Assembly: GCF_018977255.1 (NCBI RefSeq) | Contig: NW_024704757.1 | Location: 8,060,001 to 8,124,000 of the forward strand | Source: Callorhinchus milii | Lineage: Eukaryota | Length of the DNA: 64,000 nucleotides | Direction: 5' to 3' | In this document: positions 63,870 to 64,000 of the stretch, one piece after another | How the letters are laid out: the number at the start of each line of letters is the position of its first letter | Position numbering within the stretch: position 1 is the stretch's first letter | Made by a program: the position numbers and the translations under genes | The notes under the pieces: generated by a model | Seen by the model: the letters and a program-made list of their open reading frames with translations, nothing else | Database searches by the model: none | Told to the model about the DNA's origin: nothing

Positions 63870-64000
63870 ATCCAAATCAATCCCATTATTTGTTTTATAA
63901 AGGTTCATCATAACTTCATGACTTTTGTATTCTATGCCCCTATTTATAAAGCCTAGTATTCCACATGCTTTTTTTTAAACAGCTTTATCTACCTGTCCTG
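63870..64000 (-). mobile_element. CR1 ORF2 fragment running off the window
   Basis: Reverse complement of 11113-11222 (ttttataaaggttcatcataacttc...tttatctacctgtcctg). Confidence 0.9.

Overview
This is vertebrate genomic DNA, most likely from a cartilaginous fish; the tRNA/CORE/Deu SINE, CR1 and L2 landscape resembles a holocephalan such as the elephant shark (species is inference). The first ~19.5 kb holds the 3' half of pdgfa (platelet-derived growth factor A) on the + strand: exon 4 (5184-5371), exon 5 (16138-16261), a candidate alternative exon 6 encoding a basic matrix-retention tail (17230-17359, missed by the ORF track), and the terminal exon (18607 to ~19510, 'DVR*' short isoform end, AATAAA at 19488). 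Exons 1-3 appear to lie upstream of the window. The remaining ~44 kb is intergenic and dense in SINEs, CR1 and L2 fragments, small palindromic MITE-like elements, an unclassified hairpin-bearing ~0.5 kb repeat (about 11 copies), a Helentron/DINE-like pair and simple repeats. There is an N gap at 14259-14402. I found no convincing new multi-gene system. The best leads are the unusual pdgfa exon 6, the unclassified structured repeat, repeated antiparallel SINE-into-SINE insertion at the same site, and inverted SINEs bracketing exon 4. Repeat boundaries were read by eye and are approximate.
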